From positions 46,386 through 110,385 of the forward strand of contig CAZYXB010000004.1 of the NCBI GenBank assembly GCA_964651155.1: a DNA stretch of 64,000 bases. Direction: 5' to 3'. The notes under the pieces were generated by a model. It worked only from the letters and a program-made list of their open reading frames with translations, ran no database searches and had not been told where the DNA came from. Position 1 is the first letter of the stretch. Each line of letters begins with the position of its first letter. Below, piece after piece: positions 50,074-60,385 of this stretch. The stretch is from an uncultured Acidobacteriota bacterium (GTDB lineage Bacteria > Acidobacteriota > UBA6911). Both the position numbers and the translations under genes were made by a program.

Positions 50074-52098
50074 TTAGCCTAATTTATTGTTTTTCTTCAG
50101 CGCCTCTGCAACCTTCGGCATATTCATGTTTGCGAGGGTCGCGTTGGTCGGGAAGCCGTTCTCGGGATTCATGCCCTCGAATTTGTAAAACCGGGTTTTG
50201 AAATCCTCGAATTTTTCCCGGTCCAGTTTCCGGCCTCTTCCGCCTTCATATTTCCATTCCCCGTCGATGTACATCGGGAGGATATTCTCACCGGCGCCCT
50301 GATCGTAGATGTAGTCGGGGAAGGTTTCCATTTTCTTGGTCCTGCCCTGAAGCACCCAGATCGAACGGTCGAGAGTGTAAATCTTGTGCCCGATTTCCAT
50401 GGAATCGGCGAAGGTGAGATTCTGCCCGGTCACCGCATTCCAGAATTTCGGTTCGGCATGCGGCGTGGCGCCACGCCGGTCCGCGGTGTTGTTGGTGATG
50501 CACATCGGCCATCTCCAGCCGCAGAATCCCATGCCCATCCAGAATTTCTCGTAATGCTTGACCCAGGCAGTCAGCCTGACTTTGGAGTCGGAGTAGATTC
50601 CTGTTTCAGGGCTCTCTCCGTAGTCGACGAGGAAACGGTCGTCGTTGTACGGGACCATGGCCTGCCTGTAGAGATCGGAGGCTTCCTCGGCGGTCAGGTA
50701 CGGATTGCCCGACTGGGCCATCCAGTGGAGGGGGTAGTTCGACATCTGGTGCTGCATCAGGTCGCGTTCTCCGAAGAGGGAGCCGTAGCCCCAATCGACC
50801 TGGACCTGCGTGGTGTAATGCTCCTGCGTTCCCCAATAGGTCAGCCTCACGGTGCCGTCGTTGACGTCCTGGGGGTACCGTCCGAGCTTTTCCGCCATTC
50901 GTGCGGCAGCTTCAGCGATCAGGTCGCTGAATTTGTCGTCTCTCTTGGCCATTTTGGCATACAGGGCTTCCCAGTAGGCATTGCCGCCTCCGCCGCCGCC
51001 GAAGCCGCCGCCGGCCTGCGCCGGCAGATCGCCGGAATCGTACTCCGTCCCTTTGCCGATGACGCCTTTGCGGATGAGCGCCTGGATGTAGCCGCTGGTC
51101 GCCATGACCTGCCAGTGACCGGCACCCCACCTGTGCATGACGTCATTGCCGCCCGTCATGGTTCCCGCGCAGACCGCCTCATTGGTGGACGCATCTTCGG
51201 TGCGCTCTTTGCAGCCTCGTGGGCAGGATGCGCACGCAACCGCACGCGAAGGCAACCGGTTGGCCACGTTGCCGCCCTTGGGCCTTCCGCTGATCAGAGA
51301 ATAGCCCATGCCCCCGAACAATTCGGCGTCCCGCGGATTGTCCACGTCCCACTGGAACTGGCGGAACCAGAGCCTGGCGTCCATGAATGCCTTGGGATCG
51401 GCAATGGGCGCGCTGCCGGTGCCGATCACGCTGATCGCCTTGAGCTTTTTCGACCCGAAAACGGCTCCGAACCCGCACAGCGCGGCCTGGGATCCCGGCC
51501 CGTGCAGCAGGCATCCGAGGCGGCTTAACGCCTCACCCACCGGGCCGCAGGTCACGACCGCAGGTAATTGGGACGTGTAGCAGTTTTGGGCGAGTTCGGC
51601 CCATTCCCCCATCTTGAGGCCGGGAATGACGCGCCTGGATATTTCCTCCTGCGCCTCCCATGTGTTGAGTCCCCAGACCCCCTTGGCGCTTTCGATCGTG
51701 ACCTTGTCATTGACGATATTGAGCCACACGGGTTCGTCCGAAGCCCCTTCGACGACGACGGCGTCCCATCCGGCGAACTTCAGCTGGGCCGTGAACCGGC
51801 CCCCGAAGTTGCTGTGGCCGAACCATTCCACGGGGTACAGCATGGGGCTCAGGCTCTGGACTTCGCATCGCCCTGAACCCGGCATGAAGGTGCCGGCCAA
51901 CGGCGACGCGGTCAGGATGACTAGGTTCCTGGGGTCGAAAGCGGTAAAAGGGAGTTGATTGCCGACCAAGTCAAAGAAAATGGCGGAGCCCATTCCATGG
52001 CCACCGCCGAACTCAGCGTACTTTTCCGAGTCGAGTTGACTGATCTGCTTTGTGGTCAGATTGACTCGCAATATTTTTCCTGTTAATCCACCTGGCAT
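50074..52098 (-). CDS. Aldehyde:ferredoxin oxidoreductase family (tungsten/molybdopterin, 4Fe-4S)
   Basis: MPGGLTGKILRVNLTTKQI AOR N-terminal domain, 674 aa. Strong SD gggaggag before the ATG at 52098. Confidence 0.85.
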   Translation of the reverse strand: MPGGLTGKILRVNLTTKQISQLDSEKYAEFGGGHGMGSAIFFDLVGNQLPFTAFDPRNLVILTASPLAGTFMPGSGRCEVQSLSPMLYPVEWFGHSNFGGRFTAQLKFAGWDAVVVEGASDEPVWLNIVNDKVTIESAKGVWGLNTWEAQEEISRRVIPGLKMGEWAELAQNCYTSQLPAVVTCGPVGEALSRLGCLLHGPGSQAALCGFGAVFGSKKLKAISVIGTGSAPIADPKAFMDARLWFRQFQWDVDNPRDAELFGGMGYSLISGRPKGGNVANRLPSRAVACASCPRGCKERTEDASTNEAVCAGTMTGGNDVMHRWGAGHWQVMATSGYIQALIRKGVIGKGTEYDSGDLPAQAGGGFGGGGGGNAYWEALYAKMAKRDDKFSDLIAEAAARMAEKLGRYPQDVNDGTVRLTYWGTQEHYTTQVQVDWGYGSLFGERDLMQHQMSNYPLHWMAQSGNPYLTAEEASDLYRQAMVPYNDDRFLVDYGESPETGIYSDSKVRLTAWVKHYEKFWMGMGFCGWRWPMCITNNTADRRGATPHAEPKFWNAVTGQNLTFADSMEIGHKIYTLDRSIWVLQGRTKKMETFPDYIYDQGAGENILPMYIDGEWKYEGGRGRKLDREKFEDFKTRFYKFEGMNPENGFPTNATLANMNMPKVAEALKKNNKLG

Positions 52099-52110
52099 AA
52101 TATCTCCTCC

Positions 52111-52932
52111 CTATTCCTTGGGTGCTGGTTGTTTCGTTTTGGGTTTCGCCTTGGGGCCGCCGAAGCCGCCGAAGCCGCCGAAGCCGCTGCTCTTGGGTTG
52201 CGGGTTGTCCTCGTCAACGAACCCGAGGTTAAACCAGTGCTGGTTCCGCAGCTTGACGTCGTAACCTTTGTCGGTCTGCTCGGGAGTCACGTCGGTGAAT
52301 TTGAGGGCTTTGAATGGGCAGGATTCCACGCATGCCTGTTTGCCTCCGGGGCCGCCTTTCTCGTTCCAGTACGGCGTGTCCAGGCAGAGGTCGCACTTGG
52401 TGGATTTGTTGATGGTCGCATTCCAGACCGTCCGATGAGGCGTCTGCGAACATTCTCTGAGGCAGGTTTTGCAGCCGATGCATTTGTCGGTGTCGATCCT
52501 CCGGACATTGCCGTTGGCCGTATCCACATAGGCGGCTCCCACGGGGCAATGCGTCACGCAGGTCGGGTCCACGCATTGGCGGCAGGGGGCCATTACGATG
52601 TCATAGGGATATTTCCCGAAGGAGTCCTGCATGATCTGGATGCGCGCAAGCGACAGGTTCTGCTCCCCGTAGTGGACCAGAGAGCAGGCGAGCATGCAAG
52701 TCGTGCAGCCGGCGCATTTCCTGCTGTCGTAGACAATGTATCCCTTGGATTCGGGATAGGACTTCAATGCGGGTGCCGCGGAAGCCGGAGACGCAACGGC
52801 CGCTTCCGCTGTGGCGCTTGAAACAATAGCGTCAACGGCGACTATGGCTCCGCCGGTAGCGAGAAAGGTTCTTCTCGATACCTTGTTCTTGGCAGCATCG
52901 ACTTTCTTTTCAGGTTTTTTACTTCCAGGCAT
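52111..52932 (-). CDS. Tat-exported 4Fe-4S ferredoxin-type electron-transfer subunit, co-transcribed with the AOR
   Basis: Twin-arginine motif SRRTFLATGG. Multiple CxxCxxCxxxCP clusters. C-terminal GFGGFGGFGG repeat. 12-nt gap to the AOR gene. Confidence 0.75.
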   Translation of the reverse strand: MPGSKKPEKKVDAAKNKVSRRTFLATGGAIVAVDAIVSSATAEAAVASPASAAPALKSYPESKGYIVYDSRKCAGCTTCMLACSLVHYGEQNLSLARIQIMQDSFGKYPYDIVMAPCRQCVDPTCVTHCPVGAAYVDTANGNVRRIDTDKCIGCKTCLRECSQTPHRTVWNATINKSTKCDLCLDTPYWNEKGGPGGKQACVESCPFKALKFTDVTPEQTDKGYDVKLRNQHWFNLGFVDEDNPQPKSSGFGGFGGFGGPKAKPKTKQPAPKE

Positions 52933-53293
52933 GGGATGCTCCTTGCTTAGATTCATTAAAAGAAACTGTCGGGTCGGAATTCATACATTGCCAGTCTGAT
53001 ATTGTGCCATAGAGAGAGGGTGCCAATCTATAAATTAAGTGGCGAGGAACTGTCAATGGATTAGGGCTGCAGGCCCGTAAAGCATCGCATCCTCCCTAAT
53101 GGTGCCACGTATTCATGATATTCCATTTCAGAATGAAATACGAACACAATACGCAGTTCATTACGGGAATTCACTCCCGTTCGATATTTCTCCCGCGGAA
53201 CTGAAACCCGGAGGCGGGGAACTCGCCTGCAGCCTCCCCTGCCGCAATCATGCCCGCCCGGGGTTTTCTCATGCCGTCCTTGTGTGATACAAG

Positions 53294-53339
53294 GTGTTTG
53301 AAAACGGGTGCATACAGGGCACTATTCCATTTCAAACAC
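53294..53339 (+). promoter_or_regulatory. 10-bp perfect inverted repeat (GTGTTTGAAA ... TTTCAAACAC, 26-nt loop) in the ettA leader. Candidate regulatory hairpin
   Basis: Seen directly. Ends 20 nt before the ettA GTG start. No downstream U-tract, so not a canonical terminator. Confidence 0.35.
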
Positions 53340-53359
53340 GTTCGAGGAGGTCCGCCGTC

Positions 53360-55039
53360 GTGAGTGTCGAGCCCAACAAAATCATCTATTCCATGATCCA
53401 TGTCAGCAAATTCTACGACAAGAAGCAGGTTCTGAAAAATATTTCACTTTCCTACTTTTACGGGGCGAAGATCGGGGTGCTCGGCCTCAACGGCGCCGGA
53501 AAAAGCTCGCTGCTGCGCATCCTTGCCGGGGTGGATACAGACTTTTTGGGCGAAACCGTTCTCGGACAGGGCCACACGGTCGGATACCTCGAGCAGGAAC
53601 CGCTTGTCGATGCCGACCAGACGGTCAGGGAGATCGTGGAGCAGGGCGTTCAGGAGGCGGCAGACCTTCTCAGGGAGTTCGAGGCGATCAGCCTGCGGTT
53701 CGCCGAACCTATGAACGACGACGCAATGAACCAACTGATCGAACGGCAGGCCCGGGTGCAGGAGCGGCTCGATGCAATGGATGCGTGGGACCTGGACGCA
53801 AGACTGGAGATGGCCATGGACGCCCTGCGCTGTCCTGCCGGAGATACGCCTGTCCGAATCCTGTCCGGGGGAGAAAAACGCCGGGTGGCCCTCTGCCGCC
53901 TGCTGCTGAGACAACCGGATATCCTGCTGCTCGACGAGCCCACCAACCACCTGGACGCCGAAAGCGTCGCCTGGCTCGAGCAGCACCTGCAGCAGTATCC
54001 CGGGACCGTCATCGCCGTCACCCACGACCGGTATTTTCTCGACAACGTCGCCGGATGGATCCTCGAACTCGACCGGGGCGAGGGCATCCCGTGGAAAGGG
54101 AACTATTCGAGCTGGCTCGATCAGAAGATGGAGAGGATGCGCCTGCGGGACAAATCGGAGCTGGCGAGGCAGAAGACCCTGAAGCGGGAGCTGGAGTGGA
54201 TCCGCATGACTCCCAGGGGACGCCACACCAAGAGCCAGTCCAGGATCGATGCCTACGAAAAGCTGCTTTCCGAGGACAACTGGCAGAAGGAGGCGGACCT
54301 GGAAATTTTCATTCCGCCCGGGCCGAGGCTGGGGAACGTGGTTATCGAGGCGCAGAATGTCCGCAAGGCTTTCGGCACGAAGTTGCTGGTCGAGGATATG
54401 AGCTTCCGCCTGCCGCCCGGCGGCATCGTGGGTGTCATCGGCCCAAACGGTGCCGGAAAGACAACCCTCTTCAACATGATCACGGGCAGGGATACTCCCG
54501 ATTCCGGGACTTTTCAAGTCGGGGACACGGTCCGGCTCGCCTACGCCGCCCAGGACCGGGACCTGGATCCTGAAAAGACCCTGTGGGAGGAGATCAGCGG
54601 AGGCAGCGATCAGATTCAGCTCGGAGACAGGATGATCAACTCCCGCGGCTATGTCGCCCGTTTCAATTTTTCGGGATCGGACCAGCAGAAGAAGGTATCC
54701 ACGCTCTCGGGGGGGCAGCGCAATCGGGTGCACCTGGCCAAGATCCTCAAAGAAGGCGCGAACGTCATTCTGCTCGACGAACCCACCAACGATTTGGATG
54801 TCAACACCCTGCGCGCTCTCGAGGAGGCGCTGGAACATTTCGCGGGGTGCGCTGTAATCATCAGCCACGACCGCTGGTTCCTGGATCGCGTCGCCACGCA
54901 TATCCTTGCCTTCGAAGGGGAAAGCCGGGTGGTCTTCTTCCAGGGCAACTGGTCCGAGTACGATTCCGACCGGAAAAAGCGCCTGGGCGCCGAAGGCCTG
55001 AGGCCGCGGCGCATCAAGTATCGACAGCTGACGCGCTGA
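53360..55039 (+). CDS. ettA: ABC-F translation factor EttA (energy-dependent translational throttle)
   Basis: Two ABC domains (GLNGAGKSS / GPNGAGKTT, two LSGG signatures) with an arm and inter-domain linker. GTG start with gaggagg SD. Confidence 0.9.
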   Translation: MSVEPNKIIYSMIHVSKFYDKKQVLKNISLSYFYGAKIGVLGLNGAGKSSLLRILAGVDTDFLGETVLGQGHTVGYLEQEPLVDADQTVREIVEQGVQEAADLLREFEAISLRFAEPMNDDAMNQLIERQARVQERLDAMDAWDLDARLEMAMDALRCPAGDTPVRILSGGEKRRVALCRLLLRQPDILLLDEPTNHLDAESVAWLEQHLQQYPGTVIAVTHDRYFLDNVAGWILELDRGEGIPWKGNYSSWLDQKMERMRLRDKSELARQKTLKRELEWIRMTPRGRHTKSQSRIDAYEKLLSEDNWQKEADLEIFIPPGPRLGNVVIEAQNVRKAFGTKLLVEDMSFRLPPGGIVGVIGPNGAGKTTLFNMITGRDTPDSGTFQVGDTVRLAYAAQDRDLDPEKTLWEEISGGSDQIQLGDRMINSRGYVARFNFSGSDQQKKVSTLSGGQRNRVHLAKILKEGANVILLDEPTNDLDVNTLRALEEALEHFAGCAVIISHDRWFLDRVATHILAFEGESRVVFFQGNWSEYDSDRKKRLGAEGLRPRRIKYRQLTR

Positions 55040-55154
55040 TCGCGGATGCGGGCGCCGGCCTCTCTCCGGGGCCGTACGATGGGAACGGCATCCCGATTGT
55101 GGCCCGAAGAGGCCGGCGCCTGCCGGGCGGCGGAGATGGATCCGGGTGCGGGTT

Positions 55155-56213
55155 TCAGGCGCGCACACCGTCCGGCTGAGGGTCCTGATGAAGCTTGTGC
55201 ATGTAGGCATTCATCCAGTCGACGTTTTCCCGGATCATCTCAGGGATGGGGAGCCCGTAGGGGCAGCGTTGCATGCAGTCGCCGCATCCGGTGCAGTTGG
55301 CGGCCCTTTCCCACATCTGCGCCACCTTGGGGTCTTTCAATATCCCCGCGCCCATCCTTCGAATGAAAGAACGCGCGCCGAGAATTACCTGGATGGGGAT
55401 GCCCTCGGGGCAGGGGAGGCAGTAATCGCACCGGCGGCAGAATGTCTTATCATTCTCGCTGCGGATCCGCTCGATAACCTGCAGGTCTTCGCCGGTCAGG
55501 TCATGGCTGCCCAGGAAAGCCCTCCAGTTCTGGTCGATATACTCCTTCTTTTCGACCCCCGCCAGAACCAGGATGTCGGGGAAGGAAAAGACCCACTTCA
55601 AGGCGGTCTCCGCCGCTTCGATGACGCCGCCAGAGAACGGCTTCATGGCGATGATTCCGACATGCCTGTCGCGGGCCTTGGGAATGACTAGTTCCGTGGC
55701 CGCCGGTTCGAGGAAACTCAGGCAGACCATGATGGTCTCAAATAATCCGTCGTCGAGGATGGTTTCCAGGACATCGAGATTGTGCCCCGTGACCCCGATA
55801 TGGCCGATCAGGCCCTCCTGTTTCGCCTTGCAGAGTCCCGACAACGCCCCGCCAGGGGCCGTGATCATACGGTATTCCTCCCGGCTGCTGATCCCGTGAC
55901 ACTGGTACAGGTCAATATAGTCCCGCTGAAGCTCCCGGAGGCTGGTCTCGACGTCTCTTCGAATGCCGTCGGCGGAACGGCTGTAGGATTTGGTGGCCAA
56001 AGTCACCTTCGCGCCGGTTTCCCTCAGCGCCAGGCCTATCCTGGATTCGCTGGTGGTGTACATCCTGGATGTGTCGATGAAATCCATCCCTTTTTCGAGC
56101 GCGTATAGGACGACCTCGACCGCTTCGGTCTCGCGGAGCCGTTGAATCGGTATGCCTCCGAACCCGAGCTGGACTGCTTCAATCCCGGTATCCCCCAGTG
56201 TCGTTCTCCTCAT
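55155..56213 (-). CDS. Aldo/keto reductase with C-terminal 4Fe-4S ferredoxin-like Cys clusters
   Basis: AKR core. CRRCDYCLPCPEG and CTGCGDCMQRCPYG. Confidence 0.8.
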   Translation of the reverse strand: MRRTTLGDTGIEAVQLGFGGIPIQRLRETEAVEVVLYALEKGMDFIDTSRMYTTSESRIGLALRETGAKVTLATKSYSRSADGIRRDVETSLRELQRDYIDLYQCHGISSREEYRMITAPGGALSGLCKAKQEGLIGHIGVTGHNLDVLETILDDGLFETIMVCLSFLEPAATELVIPKARDRHVGIIAMKPFSGGVIEAAETALKWVFSFPDILVLAGVEKKEYIDQNWRAFLGSHDLTGEDLQVIERIRSENDKTFCRRCDYCLPCPEGIPIQVILGARSFIRRMGAGILKDPKVAQMWERAANCTGCGDCMQRCPYGLPIPEMIRENVDWMNAYMHKLHQDPQPDGVRA

Positions 56214-56682
56214 GGACTCCACCTCATGATCTGTTCAGGTCCAAACATAATCGTCCGCCCGGTTCTCAGGGCATGATCGACGTCGCCGTTGCATGATATC
56301 CAACGGCCCCGGCGAACGGAATCGTTTTCTCGGTAGAGCGCGTAATCCCCCGGGCCTTCCCCGTGAGGGAAAGGGATGCAGGAAGGGACCGTGCCGCACC
56401 TGAGGAGAATCCGCATGCGACGGGATTGTTCCGGACGGGGCCGGGCGGCGGGAACGAAGTTTTCGCCGATGGCGCCTTTCTGGGAGCTATGTCCTTTCTT
56501 CCCGGGCACTTGGATCATGAAGCTGTACCTGTTGCATGCGGGTTTGCCCGGGACATTCCGATGGCGAGAAACAACGGTTCTGCTTGACCGGCATTCCCGC
56601 GCTGTGCCATAAATCTTACATGGGCAGGGCCCGTTCAGGGCGGGAAAGAATCCACGCGAAGTCATGGAAGGAGATTTTTGGT

Positions 56683-57879
56683 ATGGCATCCCCGAATAAC
56701 TTGAGCAGAAGGAATTTTATATCCGGAAGCGCGGCAGTTCTCGCACCCCTGGCCCTCCCCGGCCTGGGCGGCAGCACGGCGCTATACGGTCAGGAAGCAA
56801 CCTCTAAAACGAAAGGGACTGTTCTCCAGCGCAAGCTCGGACGGACCGGGCTGCAGATCCCGATTGTAAGCATGGGGGTGATGAACGCGGACAATCCTGC
56901 GGTGGTGCAGCAATCCTATGAGATAGGCGTCCGTTTCTTCGACACGGCAATGGGGTACCAGGGGGGCAGAAATGAGGAGATGATCGGAACGGTCATCAAA
57001 AACCTCGGGGTGCGCGACAAAGTTCATATTCAAACCAAGATCCGGGTGCCGCGTCTCCAGGGGGCGGCCACGGACGACGAGGTCGCCCGCGGCATGCTCA
57101 ACGATGTCGACGGGTGCCTGAAACGGCTGCAGACCGACTACGTGGACCTCCTGCTGATTCACGGGCCGAGCGTGCGCGACATGAACCATTCAGGCGTCAG
57201 GCGGGCGCTTGAAGAAGCCAAAAAGCAGGGGCGTGCGCGTTTTGTCGGGTTTTCGTCTCATTCCCAACAGGCCGATGTGCTCAACAGCGCAGTGGAATCG
57301 GGATTCTACGACACCGCCACTGTCTCCTTCAATTTCACCCAGGCCGGAGACGCCGCTCTGAAGGGCGCCATCAAGAAGGCTGCCGACAGCGGCATGGGCA
57401 TCGTCGCCATGAAAACCCAGGCCACGGGCCGCAGGGGATTCTCTCCCGGGCCGCCCGTCAATCAGACCGCCGCGCTCAAATGGGTTTTGCAGCACAAGGA
57501 AATCACGACGGCGATCCCCGGCTACACCAATTTCGCCCACATGAATGAGGATTTTTCCGTTGCCTACGGCCTGGACTACACCGAGGAGGAACGGAACTTT
57601 TTAGCCGAGAAAAACCTGCTCGCGGAAATGCAGTACTGCCGCCAATGCAGCCAGTGCCGGCCGACCTGCCCCCGCGGGGTGGACATCCCGACGCTGATGC
57701 GGACGCACATGTACGCCGCCCGCTACGGCAACTTCCAGCACGCCAGGGCGACGCTGGATGAAATCGACGCGGACGCACACCTGAACATGTGCCGGGATTG
57801 CCGCGATTGCATTGCACGGTGTTCCGGGTATGTCCAAATCGCCGCCAACATCCGCGATTTGAAGTCTATGTACCTGTAG
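56683..57879 (+). CDS. Tat-signal aldo/keto reductase with C-terminal Fe-S Cys clusters
   Basis: SRRNFISGSAAVLAPLA Tat motif. AKR core. CRQCSQCRPTCPRG and CRDCRDCIARC. TTGACC/CATAAAT promoter-like elements upstream. Confidence 0.8.
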   Translation: MASPNNLSRRNFISGSAAVLAPLALPGLGGSTALYGQEATSKTKGTVLQRKLGRTGLQIPIVSMGVMNADNPAVVQQSYEIGVRFFDTAMGYQGGRNEEMIGTVIKNLGVRDKVHIQTKIRVPRLQGAATDDEVARGMLNDVDGCLKRLQTDYVDLLLIHGPSVRDMNHSGVRRALEEAKKQGRARFVGFSSHSQQADVLNSAVESGFYDTATVSFNFTQAGDAALKGAIKKAADSGMGIVAMKTQATGRRGFSPGPPVNQTAALKWVLQHKEITTAIPGYTNFAHMNEDFSVAYGLDYTEEERNFLAEKNLLAEMQYCRQCSQCRPTCPRGVDIPTLMRTHMYAARYGNFQHARATLDEIDADAHLNMCRDCRDCIARCSGYVQIAANIRDLKSMYL

Positions 57880-57885
57880 AGGCCG

Positions 57886-58827
57886 CTAGGGTACCTGCAG
57901 ACAGGCCGCAGCCTGGGATAGAGCGAAATCGGTCGATGGGCCGCCAAGCGCAATGGCGATTCTGTCGCCGCTGCGCAGGGCGGCCATGGGGCCGTAGTAG
58001 CCGTCCTTCCCGGCGAAGCCGCCATCGCCGGGAGATTCCAGGTCGCGATACACCTCCCCGCTTCCGGCTATGAATTCGCGGTATCGGGCCAGGGCTTCAC
58101 CGGCGGCCGCCCGATCGCCCAAAGACAGGAGAACAAGCCGGCTTTCGCTCTCCCCGCTACGGTACTTGGCTTCGAAAGCGTCCGACAGATAGGTCTGCCC
58201 GAGAACATCCATGGGCAGGTACCGTGCGGAATAAGGCACCTGGTTTTCGGCCGGCAGGAGGGCGACCTCCGGGGGCAGCGAGCCGGGTTCCCCGATTTGC
58301 TCAGCCAGACGCAGGGCGAACTGCGTCATTTCCCGCCTGAGCGCGGCGTCGTCCTCGTACACCACGATCTTCGCGTAGTACGGGCCCGCCCAGAAATTGA
58401 GCGCCGTCTCGGCGAGATATCCTTCTGCTCCCACCTGCAGGAAATCGGCGTCGGGATTCAGTTCCGACCGGTAAATGCCGAAAGCGTTGCGTGCGTCCTT
58501 CATCCGGTACAGTTCCAGAACCATGGGAGAGGGCTGTTGCGGATTGGCGTATTCGGCCGCGACCGCCTCCATGAACCCATAGACGAAATAGCTCTCGGCA
58601 GCGCCGTTGATGAGTTCAAACAGGCTGTCGGGATCAAAAGACCTGGCTTCACGGGATTGGGCCCATCCGGGCACGGCATTATCCTCGGGCAACAGCGCCT
58701 GAAGATCCCGGGAGGATTCCGGCACGCTGCCCGTCCAGCCGCCTGGATCTTCCCTGGAGCAGGACGCGCCGAGTGCTACGGAAAGCATAAGGGAAATCCA
58801 CAGTGTACTTTGGGTCCAGGGCTTCAT
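57886..58827 (-). CDS. Hypothetical lipoprotein
   Basis: Lipobox LMLSVALGASCS after MKPWTQSTLWIS. No known domain. Confidence 0.5.
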   Translation of the reverse strand: MKPWTQSTLWISLMLSVALGASCSREDPGGWTGSVPESSRDLQALLPEDNAVPGWAQSREARSFDPDSLFELINGAAESYFVYGFMEAVAAEYANPQQPSPMVLELYRMKDARNAFGIYRSELNPDADFLQVGAEGYLAETALNFWAGPYYAKIVVYEDDAALRREMTQFALRLAEQIGEPGSLPPEVALLPAENQVPYSARYLPMDVLGQTYLSDAFEAKYRSGESESRLVLLSLGDRAAAGEALARYREFIAGSGEVYRDLESPGDGGFAGKDGYYGPMAALRSGDRIAIALGGPSTDFALSQAAACLQVP

Positions 58828-59053
58828 GGGACGGTCTCCTGTCGGAAAGCCGGCGACAGCCGCAGAGGATGGAAGTGCCGGCAACAACGATCGAATAACG
58901 GAATCCATTCTACCGGTATCGGGTTTTGCGTGGCAATCATTATCGGGCAGCCGAACCGGTTTCTTCGGAGCGGAAAGCAGAGGCCCATGGTTTCTGTTTT
59001 CTTCACCGGGGAAGTGATGCTAGGATGCTCCATTCTCTGGCAAAGGATAGGGC

Positions 59054-60385
59054 ATGAAAAAAATGATTTGTATTCTTTTTGTCTGTTTTGCCCTATCGGG
59101 CGCCGGACCAGCCGCAGCCCAGAACCCGCTCATCATGGATCAGTTTACGGCCGATCCTACCGCCCGGGTGTTCGAAGGCAGAGTGTACGTCTATCCCTCC
59201 CACGACGTCAACTGCGGTACCAACTGGTTCTGCATGAAGGATTACCACGTGTTCTCGTCGGAGAACCTCGTGGACTGGACCGATCACGGGATGATTGTTT
59301 CGCAGGAGCAGGTGGCGTGGGTCGATGCCGCCCAGAACAGCATGTGGGCGCCCGACTGTTATGAAAAAGACGGGAAATACTATTTTTACTTTCCCGCTGG
59401 CGCCAAGACGGATTCGGGCGCGCGTGGGATGGCCGTAGGCGTAGCCATTTCCGATAGGCCCTACGGACCCTTCACCCCCGAACCGAAACCGATCCAAGGG
59501 GTTTCCGGCATCGATCCCAATGTTTGTATCGACCATGACGGACAGGCATACCTGTACTGGGCCGGCGTCGGCAAGGGGCTGATGGGCGCAAAGCTCAAGG
59601 ATAACATGCTCGAACTGGCCGGGGAGCCGCAGGGGATCCAACAGCTGCCCGAAGGCATGAAAGAGGGTCCATTCCTGTTCGAGCGCAACGGCATCTATTA
59701 TTTTACGTTCCCCCACGTGATCAGGGAGACCGAGGCGCTGGTGTATGCCATGGGGCCCAGCCCCTTGGGGCCCTTCGAATACAAGGGCATCATCATGGAC
59801 GAGCACCCGTCGAAATGCTGGACCAACCATCACTCCATCCTCGAGTACAAGGGCCAGTGGTACCTGTTCTATCATCACAACGATCTGTCTCCCGATTTCG
59901 ACAAGAACCGTTCCATCCGTGCCGACAGGCTGGCTTTCAATGAAGACGGCACCATTCGTCCGGTGATCCCCACCCTGCGGGGTGTGGGCGTTGTTCCGGC
60001 CACCCGGGAAATTCAGCTGGACCGCTACAGCGCCGTGAGCGACGAGGGCGCCGCCGTCGATTTTCTGGACGATGCGAAACCATTTGAAGGATGGGAAACC
60101 ATCCTGGATGCGGAGGGCGCCTGGGTCCGGTTCGACCGCGTCGATTTCGGCGGCCAGGGTGTGACGACCGCCAGGATCCGAGCGCGGTCCGCGGACGGCT
60201 GCACCCTCGCCATTGCGGCCAGTTCAGGGGATGTGCCCATCCAGACGCAGGTCCGCATCCCTCAAAACGCGGATTGGCAGGCCGTGACGGCCGGCATCGG
60301 GATGACGACGTCCGGCGTTCATGATGTTACCGTACTGCTTGTGGGCCCTGGACGCGTGGAGATCGACTGGATCCAGTTTGAATAA
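59054..60385 (+). CDS. Glycoside hydrolase family 43 (beta-xylosidase/arabinofuranosidase-like) with C-terminal carbohydrate-binding domain
   Basis: Signal peptide. GH43 five-bladed propeller motifs (DPTARVFEGRVYVY, WAPD, EGPFLFERNGIYYFTF). CBM6-like C-terminus. Confidence 0.8.
   Translation: MKKMICILFVCFALSGAGPAAAQNPLIMDQFTADPTARVFEGRVYVYPSHDVNCGTNWFCMKDYHVFSSENLVDWTDHGMIVSQEQVAWVDAAQNSMWAPDCYEKDGKYYFYFPAGAKTDSGARGMAVGVAISDRPYGPFTPEPKPIQGVSGIDPNVCIDHDGQAYLYWAGVGKGLMGAKLKDNMLELAGEPQGIQQLPEGMKEGPFLFERNGIYYFTFPHVIRETEALVYAMGPSPLGPFEYKGIIMDEHPSKCWTNHHSILEYKGQWYLFYHHNDLSPDFDKNRSIRADRLAFNEDGTIRPVIPTLRGVGVVPATREIQLDRYSAVSDEGAAVDFLDDAKPFEGWETILDAEGAWVRFDRVDFGGQGVTTARIRARSADGCTLAIAASSGDVPIQTQVRIPQNADWQAVTAGIGMTTSGVHDVTVLLVGPGRVEIDWIQFE

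Noticed and set aside
52140-52190. Tandem gccgccgaa repeats (possible micro-satellite or CRISPR-like repeat)
   Set aside because: Only three short units, and they lie inside the ferredoxin gene encoding a GFGGFGGFGG tail. Coding low complexity, not a CRISPR array.
52933-53100. Possible sigma-54 (-24/-12) promoter upstream of the ferredoxin-AOR operon
   Set aside because: TGGCAC-like hexamers are present on the minus strand, but none has a TTGC element at the correct 5-nt spacing.
53444-55210. 588-aa minus-strand ORF opposite ettA, and the 421-aa alternate plus frame 53308..54573
   Set aside because: ettA is unambiguous (two ABC cassettes). The alternates are Arg/Gly/Pro-rich nonsense.
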